From positions 3,472,001 to 3,536,000 of the forward strand of contig NC_043004.1 of NCBI RefSeq assembly GCF_006345805.1: a DNA stretch of 64,000 nucleotides, in the 5' to 3' direction. Position 1 is the stretch's first letter, and each line of letters starts with the position of its first letter. The translations under genes and the position numbers were made by a program. Below are positions 1 to 12,612 of the stretch, one piece after another. Below the pieces are notes generated by a model. It made no database searches. It saw only the letters and a list, made by a program, of their open reading frames with translations, and was not told the DNA's origin. The stretch is from Octopus sinensis. Lineage: Eukaryota.

Positions 1-386
1 TCGCCCGGCGTGCTAACAATTTACCAGCTCGCGGTAATCTGTGTATATTAAATGGGATCTACCCCTCACTGGATAGAATACCTTTTTTTTGTTTATCCCA
101 CAAACTGTAAACTATCTATGAGCAACCAACCCTATTCTCATAACGCAACTGTTCATACACACCGCGTTCGACACCGTATTCTGCACTCTATCAACCCATT
201 TCTTTAGAAAAAAGTTTGGCGTCGTTGGTTTTTTTTAGTCCCCTCCACCACCACCTTATTTCTTTACTCATTCTCTAGCGTTTCATTCTAATTTTTTTCC
301 ATTTCTCTTAGCTTTTGGTCATTTCGCGGTCGATACCAGTCGATGTAGTTTACTAGCATCTCTCAAATGAACGGTTATTTTTATAT

Positions 387-424
387 GCGCAGGAGTGGCT
401 GTGTGGTAAGTAGCTTGTCTAACC
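387..424 (+). mobile_element. 5' head (A-box part) of tRNA-derived SINE family B, interrupted by the LINE
   Basis: GCGCAGGAGTGGCTGTGTGGTAAG matches the start of the uninterrupted copy at 10863. Confidence 0.85.
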
Positions 425-811
425 TCACTGACAGAAGAGTGACTTTGCTTACCGTACTACGGTTTGGACGCGTTTTCTTCCCGGTAAGAGTTTTGCTGTG
501 TTGTTAATTGTTGAATTCCTACTACTGAAAATGTGCCTTTAAACGTTGCTGAACTGTCTTGTTCTCCGGTTTTACCGGGAAACAATTGAATAATTTCTTA
601 CCGTTGAACTGTTAGCCATTGTGGCTTTTTATTTACGTGACTATATATAGTCCTGCCAGACTATTTTCGTGCCCCTCCCCCGAATGGGGGGGGGAATTGG
701 AATTTTGAACTGCTTTTTTGAACTACTTTGGAAGAAAACTTTCTATAGGTTTCCCAGTTTTGTGGGAAACCAATATTCGTAATTTTTGTATTGTCTAATT
801 TCAACAGAATA

Positions 812-2214
812 ATGTCTGTTGAAATTATTCACGAAAGTAGTGCTCTTGGGGAGAGCAATGTTAAAAAATTTTCTGCAGTAGCCGCAGTGGCTACCGAGAA
901 CATTGACATCGATGTCAATCAGCTCGTCGAGCTATTTAAAAGAATGCAAGAGGAGGGTGGGGATGTTAAAATATCACCCTCCGCCAGTATCGTAGAGACC
1001 GAGAAGCGGACCGTAGTGTTTAAAACTTTCTGTCCACAAAGCAGAACGTTCAAACACTTTGAAAAAAAGCACCATCGAGAAATGCCTGTCCCCGATTTGG
1101 AAGGACATCGTGTACGTCACCAGGGGACGGGCGCATGGCACTGTGGATGTCCGCTTCACGGGGGAAGAAATGGCCCGCGGGCATTCTGTGAACCCCCTAA
1201 AAACCAAGGAGGTGGTACTTTTCCCAAGCTATAGAGGACGCAGGACGTCCCGGGTCAGGATTGTAGAAGCCCCGCCGGAAGTAGATCCGGTAGAGGTAGT
1301 GGCCGCCCTGTTATATAAAAGGGCGGACAAAATAAAAATACTTCAAGTAACATGCTCTACCCCCCTATTTTGGCTCGGGCGTAACATTAATATATTAATT
1401 CAAGGAACAGCGGAGGACCTGCAGCTCCTTCCTGAGAGGGTGCTCGTGGGCGAGAACGTAGCCCTCAGGGTACAGGTCGAAGGCCGAAAACCCACCTGTT
1501 ACGCCTGCGGCAAAAAGGGCCACATTCGTGTAGACTGTCCAGACAAGCAAAAGAAACCGCAGACACCAGGCCCCTCAGATAATAAAAAAGTCCCTACCCT
1601 TGCAAACACACCTACCCCTACAAAAACAAAAAATCCCACTCCTGCTGTTACGGTGCCAACCCCAAAACAGACTGAAGAAAAAACCCAGCCCTCGCACCAC
1701 AAACCCCTACACTATTAAAACCTCCCACCCCCTAAAAACTGCGGCGCCTACCGAACAAACTATTGCTACCCCAGACGATACCATGGAGGTATCAGAGGGG
1801 GGATTTACACCAGTTCGTAAAAGAATTCGTGCAGCATCCCCGTCCACATCCCCTACAAAAAATAATAAAAACAAGACACACCACAGACACGAAAAAAAAA
1901 ATCCCGCTCAACTGGCCCAGAAAAAGAAGACAAAAAAAGAAAATGAACTCATATTAATTGAATTCGACACACAAGACAAATACATAAACGATATTGTGGT
2001 TCAGCATCAGTCAGCAAGACTGTACAACAAATACAAAGATCGAAATAGACACGCGTGGATTGCGGAAACAACGTTCAAACAATTAAAAGACAGACACCCA
2101 AACGCCATCCGGCATATCGCGAACTTGCCGGACTATCTGAAGAAAGAGGAGAAAGAAGGGGCCCACAAACGTGTGGTGAGGTCGGCCCCCACCTCTCCAA
2201 CGAAATGTAAGTAG
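812..2214 (+). pseudogene. Tx1 ORF1 (gag-like nucleic-acid-binding protein), split over three frames
   Basis: ORF pieces 791-1234, 1059-1718 and 1600-2214. Zinc knuckle CYACGKKGHIRVDC. Aligns by eye to ORF1 of the second LINE (KTFC/KTYC, GTVDVRFT/GTVEVRFT, RTSR, EGRKP). Confidence 0.85.
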
Positions 2215-2231
2215 AACTTTTACTTTTTGTA

Positions 2232-5200
2232 ATGGCTTCGCTTAACCTTGGTTGTTTAAATGTGCGTGGTCTGAGTTCGAAGTGGAAGCAGGCTTGTTTC
2301 CTCGACGACCTCAGATCACATGATATACATGTGATGGTTGCTACAGAGACCAAGCTGGACAGCCTACAAACCTTCTCGCCTCTCCTGAATGGCTACGAGA
2401 AAATCATGTCTCCTAGCCAGACCGGAGGGCGAGGGGGCGTAGTGGTACTGATCCGTAAAGACTTGGCTCTACAGACAAGTACAGTCTATGTAGACCCAGA
2501 AGGTGGGCTGGTCGTCCTTGATGTGACATACAGCAGTAAGGCCTTCAGGTTGATCGGACTCTATGCACCTTGTGCTAGAGGTTTCCAAACTGATTTTTAT
2601 CGGCGCCTAGAGGGCTTTCTCGTGACGTCGAAGACTTTAGTGATATTAGGGGACTTTAATGCTATCGTTGACTACACATCGATAGCGTTGGCTCGATCTA
2701 TAGGAAAGTGAACTCACGTCTCGTGGATCTGCTTAAGCGGTTTCAGCTGGCAGATCGTTACAGACTTGACCATCCGAACGTCCCAGAGTGGACCTGGATG
2801 AGTGGCGACGGAAGGTTCAAGTCTTATCTAGACAGGATAGTGATAAGAACTAGAGATAAGTCTAGTTTTAGTTGTCCACAGCTCGTCCAGGTGCCCTATA
2901 CTGACCATAGAATGGTCACGTGTAGACTGGACATAGATAGCACACTTAAGATAGGAACCGGCTACTGGAAGCTGAACAAGTCTACTTTGACACGCGAGGC
3001 ATACCGTAGCCGGATTAAGGTGTTAGTGCAGAGGGCGTTAACCGGAGCCGTGGTTAATAACCGGTGGTGGTTCACCCTCAAAAGAGCCATTCGATTCGAG
3101 TCCATTAGATTTAATAAACAACTAAGACTAGATAGGGCTAGAATAGAAGGGCAACTAGTTAAGAACTTAGAGGAGGCGTTGAGGTTGGGCTCTGCATCTC
3201 ACATTTTAGCGGCGAGAACGGCATTAGACCGTCACCTCAAAACCAAACATGAGGGATGTAGAGTCCGGGCTAAAGTACGAGCATTGGGCCGTGAGGGAAT
3301 TAATGTTGCCGGATGGGCCCGTACGATAGAAACACAGCGTGGAAACGATGCCACAATTGGGTCTCTTGTTGATGAAAACGGATGCACGATAAAGAAGCGG
3401 GACGAGATGTGTGAGGCACTTCACAAGCACTTCGCCGAGTTGTTCGGGAGGTGCGGGACGCTGGATCATGGTGAGGCCCTTAGGGACTTCCTGTCTGGTG
3501 GCCCGCGCCTCTCGACACGAGAGGCTGAGTGCTGTGAAGGGCCAATCACAGCCGAGGAAGTAATCGAGGTGTTGGGCAAGTGCCCCGGGGAGAAGTCACC
3601 GGGTCTCGATGGTCTGCCCTATGAATTTTATAGAAGTATGCCAGACTTGTTCGAGCACCTGCTGGCTAGCGTCTACGCCAACTGGCAGCAGAATGGGAGA
3701 ATTCCCAAGTCTGCGAGCCGGGGGGCGGTGACGTTGATCAGGAAGGACCCGAACAAGGGGGACGAGATAGGGAATTCAGGCCCATAACTCTGTTAAACAC
3801 AGAGTTAAAGATTCTGGCCAAGGTGCTAGCAAAAAGGTTGGCGCGGGTCGTGGACAAACTTGTCGGGGAAGCGCAAACGTGCGCTATCCCCGGCAGAACG
3901 ATCCACGACAATCTCCACCTTATACGCTACTCCTTAGAGAGGGTGGGGAAGCTTTCTGGCGCAGGGGGAGCACTGGTACATTTAGACCAGTCCAAAGCAT
4001 TTGATAGGGTCGACCATCGGTACCTGGCGGCGGTCCTCGGAGAGGCTGGCCTAGGCCCGACCTTTCGAGGTTGGATCGCTGCTTTGTGTAGCGACATCGA
4101 GTCTGTAGTCAAGGTGAACGGTTCCTTTTCGAAGCCGTTCAGGATCGAGCGTTCAGTTCGTCAAGGATGTCCCCTGTCCTCGCTCCTATACGTATTGGCT
4201 CTTGAGCCTTTGCTGCGGAAGTTGGAGGCACTAGGGGGCGCGCCGCATGATCTATGGTGTGGAAGAGGAGCTACGGCGTATGCGGATGACACCTCCATCA
4301 TCGTGGCAGACGAAGGCCAGCTTCCAGTGGTGGAAGAGGCCATCAAAAGCTACGAGGCGGTGGCAGGAGCAAAGGTTAACAAGGACAAGTCGGTCGGTTT
4401 GCAACTCGGCACCTGGAGGGGCAAGCCGATGCCGTCCAATAACGTCGTAGGGCGTTGGACGGAAGGTCCTGTTAAGCTGCTCGGAGTCTGGTTCGGGCCA
4501 GACCTCCAGATTGAGAAAAATTGGAGTGAGGTGGCCAACAAGGTGACCGCTCTAACCCAGACCTGGTCTGGGCGGGCGTTATCCCTGCTAGGGAAGGCGG
4601 AGGTGGTGCAGATGTTTATAGCATCAGTAATCACCTACCGTCTGACCGTGGTGCCTTGCCCCGATTTGTGGCTGAACAAGTTGGAGAGAATCCTTTTCCG
4701 ATTTTTGTGGAAAGGAGGAAAGCCACTTGTAAAGCGCTCTGTCTGCTGCCAGAAACTGCTAAAGGGTGGGCTAGGGATGCCTTGGCTGAGGATGCGAAAA
4801 CTCGCGTTAAGGTTGAGGCACCTCTGGCTTTACCTGGATGGAGAGCAGGTGTGGTCACCGCACGTCCGGTTCTACCTTCCCCAGTTAACATCCCTAACGG
4901 ACATCGGTGCATGGATCAAGCGGAGACCTAAACTGAGTGAATGGCATTTGGAGTGCCGTCAGGCGCTCCAGCTACTATCTCGGGTGGGTAACGCCGGCAA
5001 CAGGAGTTCCACCACGGATTTCTATAGCGGGTTAGTGGAGATTAAGTCCGAAGACGCCTTGGGGGAGACCCTGGGCTACGATGAAAATCAGTTGGTCAAC
5101 CTGTTCCGGAGGACGTTCGGGCCGGGGTATCTGGATAATTACCAGAAATCCCTGACCTGGCAGTGTTTCCGTGCGGCTTTACCTGTTCGCGACAAGCTGT

Positions 5201-5631
5201 CAAGGCACGGTAGTGCCGTCTCGCCGACATGCCCGCGATGTGAGCAGGATAGGGAGACCGTCTTGCACGCATTCGTGGAGTGTCCGGAGTTATCGGGACT
5301 GATAGCTTTTGTTGAACAACTGTTGTCAGTGATGGGAAGAGTACAGCTATCAGCTGAGTCTATCATCGAGATTGTGCCGCCCCCTTTCCTTAACAGGGAA
5401 AGAAAGGCTTGTTTTTTCTGTGTAGTAGCCATACTGAAAGAAACAGTATGGAAGACGCGTACGAAAGGTATAGTGACAGGCACCTTTATCTCCGGCCAGG
5501 GGTTGATTAACTTTTTTAGTTACCACCTCAGTAGCAAAATCAGGCTGGAGAAGAGGTGTCTGTCACGAGATATGTTTGTGAAAAGATGGAAGCCTGTGGC
5601 ATACAAGATGGGTATGTTTGGCACCAGGTAA
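2232..5631 (+). pseudogene. Tx1 ORF2 (APE endonuclease + reverse transcriptase + zinc finger), two frameshifts
   Basis: EN motifs LNVRGL, ATET, GDFN, YLDRI, TDH. RT motifs KSPGLDG, DQSKAFD, RQGCPLS, YADD. C-terminal CPRC..ETVLH..C. Frame breaks near 2675-2710 and 3775-3790. Confidence 0.92.
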
Positions 5632-5859
5632 GTGTGACCGGATCAGAAAGTAAAGGTTCTACCCGGATGGCTGGGTGTCCGTCCTTCGACATGATCATTA
5701 ATATTTTTAAACATTGCCTTCGTAAAATTCATTGTTTATAATCTTATCCGTAATTTCATTCGAAAATTGTAACTGTGTTAAGCTACTTCACCCTTTATAT
5801 TTGTCTGTCCTTGTTTGTCCCCTCTTTGTAAATGCCTAAATGGCAAATTATATGAAATA

Positions 5860-6000
5860 AAGTAGTTTGCTTACCAACCACATGGTTTTGGGTTCAGTCC
5901 CACTGCGTGACACCGTGGGCAGGTGTCTTCTACTATAGCCTCGGGCCGACCAAAGAGTGAATTTGGTAGAGAGAAACTGAAAGACGTCCGTCGTATATAT
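5860..6000 (+). mobile_element. Continuation of the interrupted SINE family B copy
   Basis: CCAACCACATGGTTTTGGGTTCAGTCCCACTGCG... continues the family B sequence seen at 10890-11030. Confidence 0.85.
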
Positions 6001-6169
6001 ATATATATTTGACTGCGGCCATGCTGGAGCACCGCCTTTAGTCGAACAAATGGACCCCAGAACTTATTCTTTGTAAGCGTAGTAGTTATTCTATTGGCCT
6101 CTTTTGCCGAACCACTAATCGCTTTACTAATTCTTCCACGTAAAGTCAGGCGAAATACCGCTTAGCATT

Positions 6170-6482
6170 TCGCCCGGCGTGCTAACAATTTACCAGCTCG
6201 CGGTAATCTGTGTATATTAAATGGGATCTACCCCTCACTGGATAGAATACCTTTTTTTGTTTATCCCACAAACTGTAAACTATCTATGAGCAACCAACCC
6301 TATTCTCATAACGCAACTGTTCATACACACCGCGTTCGACACCGTATTCTGCACTCTATCAACCCATTTCTTTAGAAAAAAGTTTGGAGTCGTTGGTTTT
6401 TTTTAGTCCCCTCCACCACCACCTTATTTCTTTACTCATTCTCTAGCGTTTCATTCTAATTTTTTTTCCCTTTCTTTTAGCT
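6170..6482 (+). repeat. Near-identical direct repeat of window positions 1-~310
   Basis: TCGCCCGGCGTGCTAACAATTTACC...TTTCATTCTAATTTTTTTCC occurs at both places, differing in homopolymer length and about one substitution. Confidence 0.9.
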
Positions 6483-6944
6483 GTCAGCTGATTTATTTAT
6501 ACGTTTATTATTATATTTACTTGAAATGACATTTATTATCATTAACCCTTGCACTGCGTAATTAAATTTCAAGGTCAATCCGCTAATGATGTTAATTGCG
6601 ATTTTTCGCTTCTGCAATACTTTTCCAGTATCTCGAGTAGTTTCGGTTTTCATATCCACCACTAGAAATTATTTTGATTTTGCTTCATAAACAGGTATTT
6701 GATAGCATCTGCAACATGCTGAATATTAGATTCCAACAGCGAATTTCTTTGGTGTTCGATTTTGCCTCGTCAACAAACAGTATTTATAACATTTTAATTT
6801 CGCTACAAGAGATCTGCAACACAATACAACCACGAAGCATTTAGCTAAAATTTTTATTTCATACACCATTAAAAATCCTACTTTCTGCCAAACAAAACCA
6901 AATTCAGTTTTCACGATAAATTTATTGACATAGCAATATAATCA

Positions 6945-7002
6945 TAATTTATTATTTTTATTATTATTATTATTTTTATTGTTATTATTATTTTTATTAT
7001 TA

Positions 7003-7034
<32 letters not shown>

Positions 7035-7062
7035 TTTATTGTTATTATTATTTTTATTATTA

Positions 7063-7103
<41 letters not shown>

Positions 7104-7125
7104 TGTTGTTGTTGTTGTTCTTGTT
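6945..7125. repeat. (ATT)n/(GTT)n microsatellite
   Basis: Directly visible. Confidence 0.95.
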
Positions 7126-7129
7126 ATTT

Positions 7130-7568
7130 ACTTTTAATATGCCTGATTGTTATAATCACTTACCGAAACACACCCAGTGTCATAGGGCGAGTGAAGGATA
7201 AGAGATGTTACAATAAGGCTGAAAGCTTGGGGAAGGGAAGTGGCAGAGGCAGTAGTGGAATATCTTCATGTAATACAACACAGACATTTAATCTGATAGA
7301 GTTTTTCTAAGTAGCAAGTACCTGTCAGCACAATCTCTGAGATTTGGTTCTCCTGGGATGTTACCTAAATGTTTCTGATATCCTTTTTTCTATCATACCT
7401 AGGGCACCTACAATAACAGGAACAGTTCTTGCTTTAAGATGTTACATCTTTTGTATCTCAATTTCCAGATCCTTATATTTACTTAATTTGTCAAATTCCT
7501 TTACAGATATATTTTTATCAGTGGGAACACTTACATCTATTAGTGTACAAGCAATCTCTTCCCTGTCT
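7130..7568 (-). mobile_element. 5'-truncated R4/Dong-like (RLE-type) non-LTR retrotransposon 3' end
   Basis: Minus strand reads CTLIDVSVPTDKNISVKEFDKLSKYKDLEIEIQKM*HLKARTVPVIVGALG, a restriction-like endonuclease domain. Flanked by TAA repeats. Confidence 0.75.
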
Positions 7569-7603
7569 CTAATAATAATAACTATTTTTATTATTACTAT
7601 TAT

Positions 7604-7900
7604 AGACCTTTATGTTTGACTCTCGTAGCTGCCACATCTTAGCGATCTCAATTCTCAGGTCTCTATATTGATAAACATTTTCTTTTACTTTCATGATGAT
7701 ATGTTGATATCTAGGCACTGCCACGTTAGTTATTAGGCACTCTTGTTTGTCCCTCTTAAATATTACTATATCCTGCCTTCGGTGCTCCAAAACCTTGTCT
7801 GTCTGGAAGTCAAAGTCCCAGAAGACTTTTTTCTTTCCCTTTTCGTCCATTACTTTATCCGGTGTATGTTGATACCAAGCATCCGTAACCTCATCGCTCA
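7604..7900 (-). mobile_element. Second R4/Dong-like RLE-domain fragment
   Basis: WYQHTPDKV...FWDFDFQTDKVLEHRRQDIV...CLITNVAVP...YRDLRIEIAKMW. Confidence 0.75.
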
Positions 7901-7989
7901 TATTCCAGTTCAACACATTGAAACTGTAAATAACAACAGGATCTGCTAAGGAATTTATAGCTAGCACCTTGTTACGGAACTCCCCATAA

Positions 7990-8540
7990 ATTTGTTCTGT
8001 AAAAATATAAATGTTTTTTCCTCCAATAAAAACAAGACGTCAGACGAATTGAAAGGAAAAGCAAAAAACATTTTTCCTGAAGTTTTACCCGATAAATCAA
8101 GTCTGTGTACCAGGACAAAGGCGTGTTTTCAAATAAAAGAAAACGCCATACCAGTATTTAAACCAAAACGAATGGTACCCTTCGCAGCGATGAAGCAAGC
8201 CAATAAGAGACTAGAGAGACTATAAAAAATCGGATTTATCCAAAAAGTGAAATATTCTAAATGGACAGCACCAAGTGTGTATATTATGAAAAAAATAATA
8301 AAATAATATTAACTTCCAATGGAAGTCAATCTCAAAAGGGGGAGATGTTGTGGCGAGAGTCATTGACACCCCTGTGTGATTGGCAGAATGGACCAACCGG
8401 ACTCTTATAAAAAGGACCGTATTGGTTGAGACGAGAGAAAAAGTCGTTGAGAGTTTGTATTTAGTGTCGTGTGAAGACAGTTGTGTCGCTCCCCGTTTGG
8501 TGAAATCTGTCTATCCAACGTATAAAAGTATATAAAATAT
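7990..8540 (+). mobile_element. Internally deleted Gypsy-like LTR retrotransposon remnant (pol fragment, PPT, start of 3' LTR)
   Basis: FPEV...KENAIPVFKPKRMVPFA...LERL*KIGFIQKV.YSKWTAP resembles the RT N-terminus. Polypurine tract AAAAGGGGGAGA (8334-8345) is followed directly by TGTTG at 8346. Confidence 0.65.
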
Positions 8541-8567
8541 GCATGTATATATTTATTTACTTATATA

Positions 8568-8790
8568 CACACGATGGGTACTGAAAAGTTCCTGGTTTTT
8601 GGGTAATAATATACAGGAGGATCAATTAATTATGATTTTATTCAACATATTCCCCTCTCAGATTCACACACTTATTGCGGCGCTCATTCTGTTTTTCTAA
8701 TCCCTGTAAAAGAAGTCGGAATGTCGGGCCTCTAGTAAGCCCTTTCGCGATACCCTTAAAACCAAGACCTTTTCAGCATCCCCTTGCGTA
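8568..8790. mobile_element. Mariner-like MITE
   Basis: Imperfect TIRs ...GGGTACTGAAAAGTTCCTGGTTTT / AAAACCAAGACCTTTTCAGCATCCC..., with TA flanks. Confidence 0.6.
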
Positions 8791-10173
8791 TGTATTTATA
8801 TATGCAAATATATATTATATACATATATGCAAATGAGATACAAATACTTGTATATATATACGCGAACACACATACACACACGCACGTGCCTACACCTACA
8901 CAAAATAGAATATTTAGCAAATGCACCCATTTAAAAAGAAATCAGGGCCAAATATAGTTTTACAATTTCAGTAAGTAATCCAGATAAGGAGAAAATTTCC
9001 ATAAATATAGAAGAGGTTCGAAGATAGAGAGAGAATGCTGGCGAACGAAGGACATATTTGTAATTATTTGGAATATTTGTGAGTTTCGGCAAATTAAAAT
9101 GTATTTGATTTCGGTAAGTTGCTCTGAAATCCCATTGTGATTGTGATTTTTCTTTCGAACTAAGTTGATCATGCCATTTGTCTGGATTAATGCCGAGAAC
9201 GAGGAACGAAATGTGTACAGAAGTGAAATTGTTCTGAAGAGCGTTCTACTGACAGCAATTGTCAGAAGGTCTAACAGTAACGAGCAGCGAAGTATTGCTG
9301 CCGCCATCATCATTATTATTATAAGATTTCGCCGATACCAAGGGAGGATAGCACCGGTAAGTATCCATTAGTGATAAATTTAGAGTGATGACCCACATTG
9401 ATGAGGTACTGACATTTCTATGCAGCGTTGGTGCCACAGCTAGGTGAAATGTCCTCTCAAACACAGATCGACACTGCTTAATGAAATGCATATCGAATTA
9501 TGCCAGTTGAAGACAAACTAGTCCCGACACGATAATTCCAGCAGTCATTATCACACTAGAATCATTGGCGCCAACTTGCGATGGTCATTCCACCTAACTG
9601 CTTCAAACGGTAAGCAAATAATGCTGTCTGTAGTTAGTCTTATAAGCCACAAATTGACTATGTATCGTGTTGGCAAGTTGGAGGAATGCGGTGGGGGGGG
9701 GGTGAAGTAGGAGAGAACAGGCTGAAGACGGAGAAACGAAGAGTGTTGAAGGCGGGGAAGGAGGGGGTTGTTGTTTGTGAGGAATACCATGGACAGAGAA
9801 GAAATAAATAAATAATATTCCAATTTCTATGATGATTATCGACATATTTTAATTTTTTAGATTATATCTTGTTATAATTAGAAGAAATCGATTTCGAAAG
9901 TAATATTTTCCACTAATCGAACGACATAGATATCAGGGGTAAATATCTGAATGCGTGCGCAGCTATGTAAGTGTAGTTTCTTATTTGCCATACGATCTTA
10001 CAGACATACATTTATATATATACATACTTACGTACATATAAATGTATTTCGTATGTGTATACATATATGTATATGCTTATACATACATATACATGTGTGT
10101 GCGCATGTATTTTATATGTGTGTATATGCATATCTATATATATATATGTGTGTATTATATGTGTGTATATGCA

Positions 10174-10206
<33 letters not shown>

Positions 10207-10785
10207 ATGTATTTACATGTATATGCTCTCAATCGTACAAATTTACACCGACACACACACCGAGCCATAAACCTTCTGTTGTACTCATATTTGTAGACCG
10301 GTTCGATAACGTTTCTACCTGGCGTCAGAAAGTTCTCTGGTTCGTATTCTTCCAACAGTAGTCTCTATAAACAACTCTACTAAATACGTAGTAAATCTCG
10401 GAGCTACGAACGCCCAAGGCGTCTTTTGATTTAGAGTGTCAAATCCAAGTTGTTATGGTTTATTTGTTGGACCTAATCGTGCGCTGTGTCCTTGCGCAAG
10501 GCACTTAACTTTAAGTTACTTCAGTTAATTCTAACTAAAAATGAGCGCAGCAGAGTTCTGGTTCAGCCCTGTTTCCTTCCGCTTGTCACATCCTGGATGT
10601 TCTGCTAGGCTAACAGTGGAAGGGCTTAAAAATTGTTGGTTTTGCTCTCGACTACATAATCACCTCAACCAATTAGTAAAAGCTTCGAGATCCTCTGCTC
10701 CAAAAAAGAATTGTTTCACTTTCTCACGAAGTTTATATGTATTAATACATGTATACTCGATCAAACACACAACACACACACACAC

Positions 10786-10862
<77 letters not shown>

Positions 10863-10864
<2 letters not shown>

Positions 10865-11021
10865 CGCAGGAGTGACTGTGTGGTAAGAAGCTTGCTTCCC
10901 AATCACATGGTTCCGGGTTCAGTCCCACTGCGTAGCACCTTGGGCAAGTGTCTTCTATACCCGCGGGCCGACAAAGACCTTGTGCGTGGATTTGGTAGAC
11001 GGAAACTGAAAGAAGCCCGTC

Positions 11022-11069
<48 letters not shown>

Positions 11070-11268
11070 TTGTGTGTCTGTGTTTCTCCCATCACCATCA
11101 CGTGACAACTGATGCTGGTGTGTTTACGTCCCCGTAACTTAGCGGTTCGACAAGAGACCGATAGAATAGTTCCTAGGCTTACAAAGAATAAGTCTTGGCA
11201 TCGATTGGTTCGACTAAAGGCTGTGCTCCAGCATGGCCGCAGTCAAATGGCTGAAACAAGTAAAAGGA
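10863..11268 (+). mobile_element. tRNA-derived SINE family B, uninterrupted copy with internal (TA)n
   Basis: A-box-like TGACTGTGTGG and B-box-like GGGTTCAGTCC. Homologous copies at 30816, 57590, and on the minus strand at 22915-23390, 32770-33025 and 62165-62315. Confidence 0.85.
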
Positions 11269-11669
11269 TGTGTGTGTGTATAGATAGATACATACATACA
11301 TGTTTGTGTGTGTGAGAGAGAGAGAGAAAAGCTGTGTGTAATAACACACTCGGATAAAATTCCGAGTGTGTTATTCCATAAAATATTACCTTATGGATTA
11401 TCTTTCTTATACTATATTTAAAATATTTAAACTACATTTAAAAGGTTCTATTTTCATTTGTTTTTGATGAAGAATTCACTTTGAATTCTAGTACGTGACC
11501 AATTCCGAAGATGATTCAATTTTCATAAAAATATACCAAAATAAAGAACTAAAGTATAAATGGTATACTGCCAATTCTCCAATTCCTGGGAAAACCTTGA
11601 TTTCGTCTTCAAAGTACTCGACTAATTTAGTTGTATCTCATTAATAAACACGCGCACTTCCTTTAGTAT

Positions 11670-12076
11670 CATTATTTTCATTGTTTGATGAAAACTCTTC
11701 GCTTATTTTGCTGGGTACGATGGAAAGTGTCAGCTGTCCACAACCAGCAGACTAAGGTGACACTTGTTTACTGGGCATGCTTCAATAACCCAGCGAAGAA
11801 TTCTTGGAGTTCCATGCAATGCTGATTTTTGTAGGTGTTCTACCTTCACACTTGCACTGATCTTTTCCAGCCATGTTCGTAGCTGAGTGCTGATACATCC
11901 AAGTGCGCCTATTACTATTGGTATCACGTCTATTCTCAACAACCTTTGTATTTCCCACTTCAAATCATCAAAGTTGTTCAGTTTTCCTTCTTTCTCTTTA
12001 ATCCTGTTGTCTTCGAGACATACTGTGTCGATTATCATGCAAGTTCTTTCTTTTTTGTTCACCACAACGTCCAGTT

Positions 12077-12078
<2 letters not shown>
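11670..12078 (-). mobile_element. 5'-truncated R4/Dong-like RLE 3' end beside (AAT)n
   Basis: ORF 11730-12080: CMIIDTVC.EDNRIKEKE...DLKWEIQRL..VIPIVIGALG...LQKSALHGTPRILR. Confidence 0.78.
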
Positions 12079-12123
<45 letters not shown>

Positions 12124-12568
12124 GAGTGAGAGAGCAGTGCATGCCATCAAAGTGACACTGGGGTAAAATATACGAAGCCCAGTATACCCATCATGACTAC
12201 CCGTCTGATAAGGGTACACCGGGCACATCCATCACAACCACATGTGTGCAACATAGTGATCTCATATCAAGTTAAACAGTATATGACCTTGCAAGTGGAG
12301 CCCAGTTAGAATTTTCTTCAGATCGAGTAGCCCATCCCGCTCAAAAGGTCCCTGAATAAGGGTTATTTAATGATATTGAACTAATCACTCATGTTTCCAA
12401 AGGTGAATTATCCAGACCCCAAAGAATTTCTCACAACACATGGCTATGATGCTCTCCCACTACTTCTGCTTGTGATCAGAAATGCACATATCATCAGCGA
12501 CTAAGGGAAATGATCGACTGGTTAAGGTCAAACAACTGACAAGCAAATCTGTGCTATTGAGCAGAATA

Positions 12569-12570
<2 letters not shown>
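12124..12570. mobile_element. Unclassified ~450-bp insertion bounded on both sides by (ATT)n
   Basis: Complex sequence between pure ATT tracts 12079-12123 and 12571-12610. No ORF recognised. Confidence 0.4.

Positions 12571-12612
<42 letters not shown>

Larger units (their letters stand above)
425..5859 (+). mobile_element. Full-length L1/Tx1-clade non-LTR retrotransposon (Tx1 family 1), frameshifted
   Basis: 5' UTR, ORF1 with CCHC knuckle, ORF2 with APE endonuclease, RT and C-terminal Cys/His motif, and a 3' UTR ending ...TGCCTAAATGGCAAATTATATGAAATA. It splits a SINE and has an imperfect TSD: AAGTAGCTTGTCTAACC (408-424) / AAGTAGTTTGCTTACC (5860-5875). Confidence 0.92.

Noticed and set aside
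1055-1720. Programmed frameshifting in Tx1 ORF1
   Set aside because: The breaks fall at different positions in the two LINEs and partly in A-runs, so decay or sequencing indels are more likely.
3224-5483. Antisense and alternative-frame ORFs within the LINE ORF2s (also 15751-18946)
   Set aside because: Shadow ORFs of GC-richer coding sequence with no recognisable motifs.
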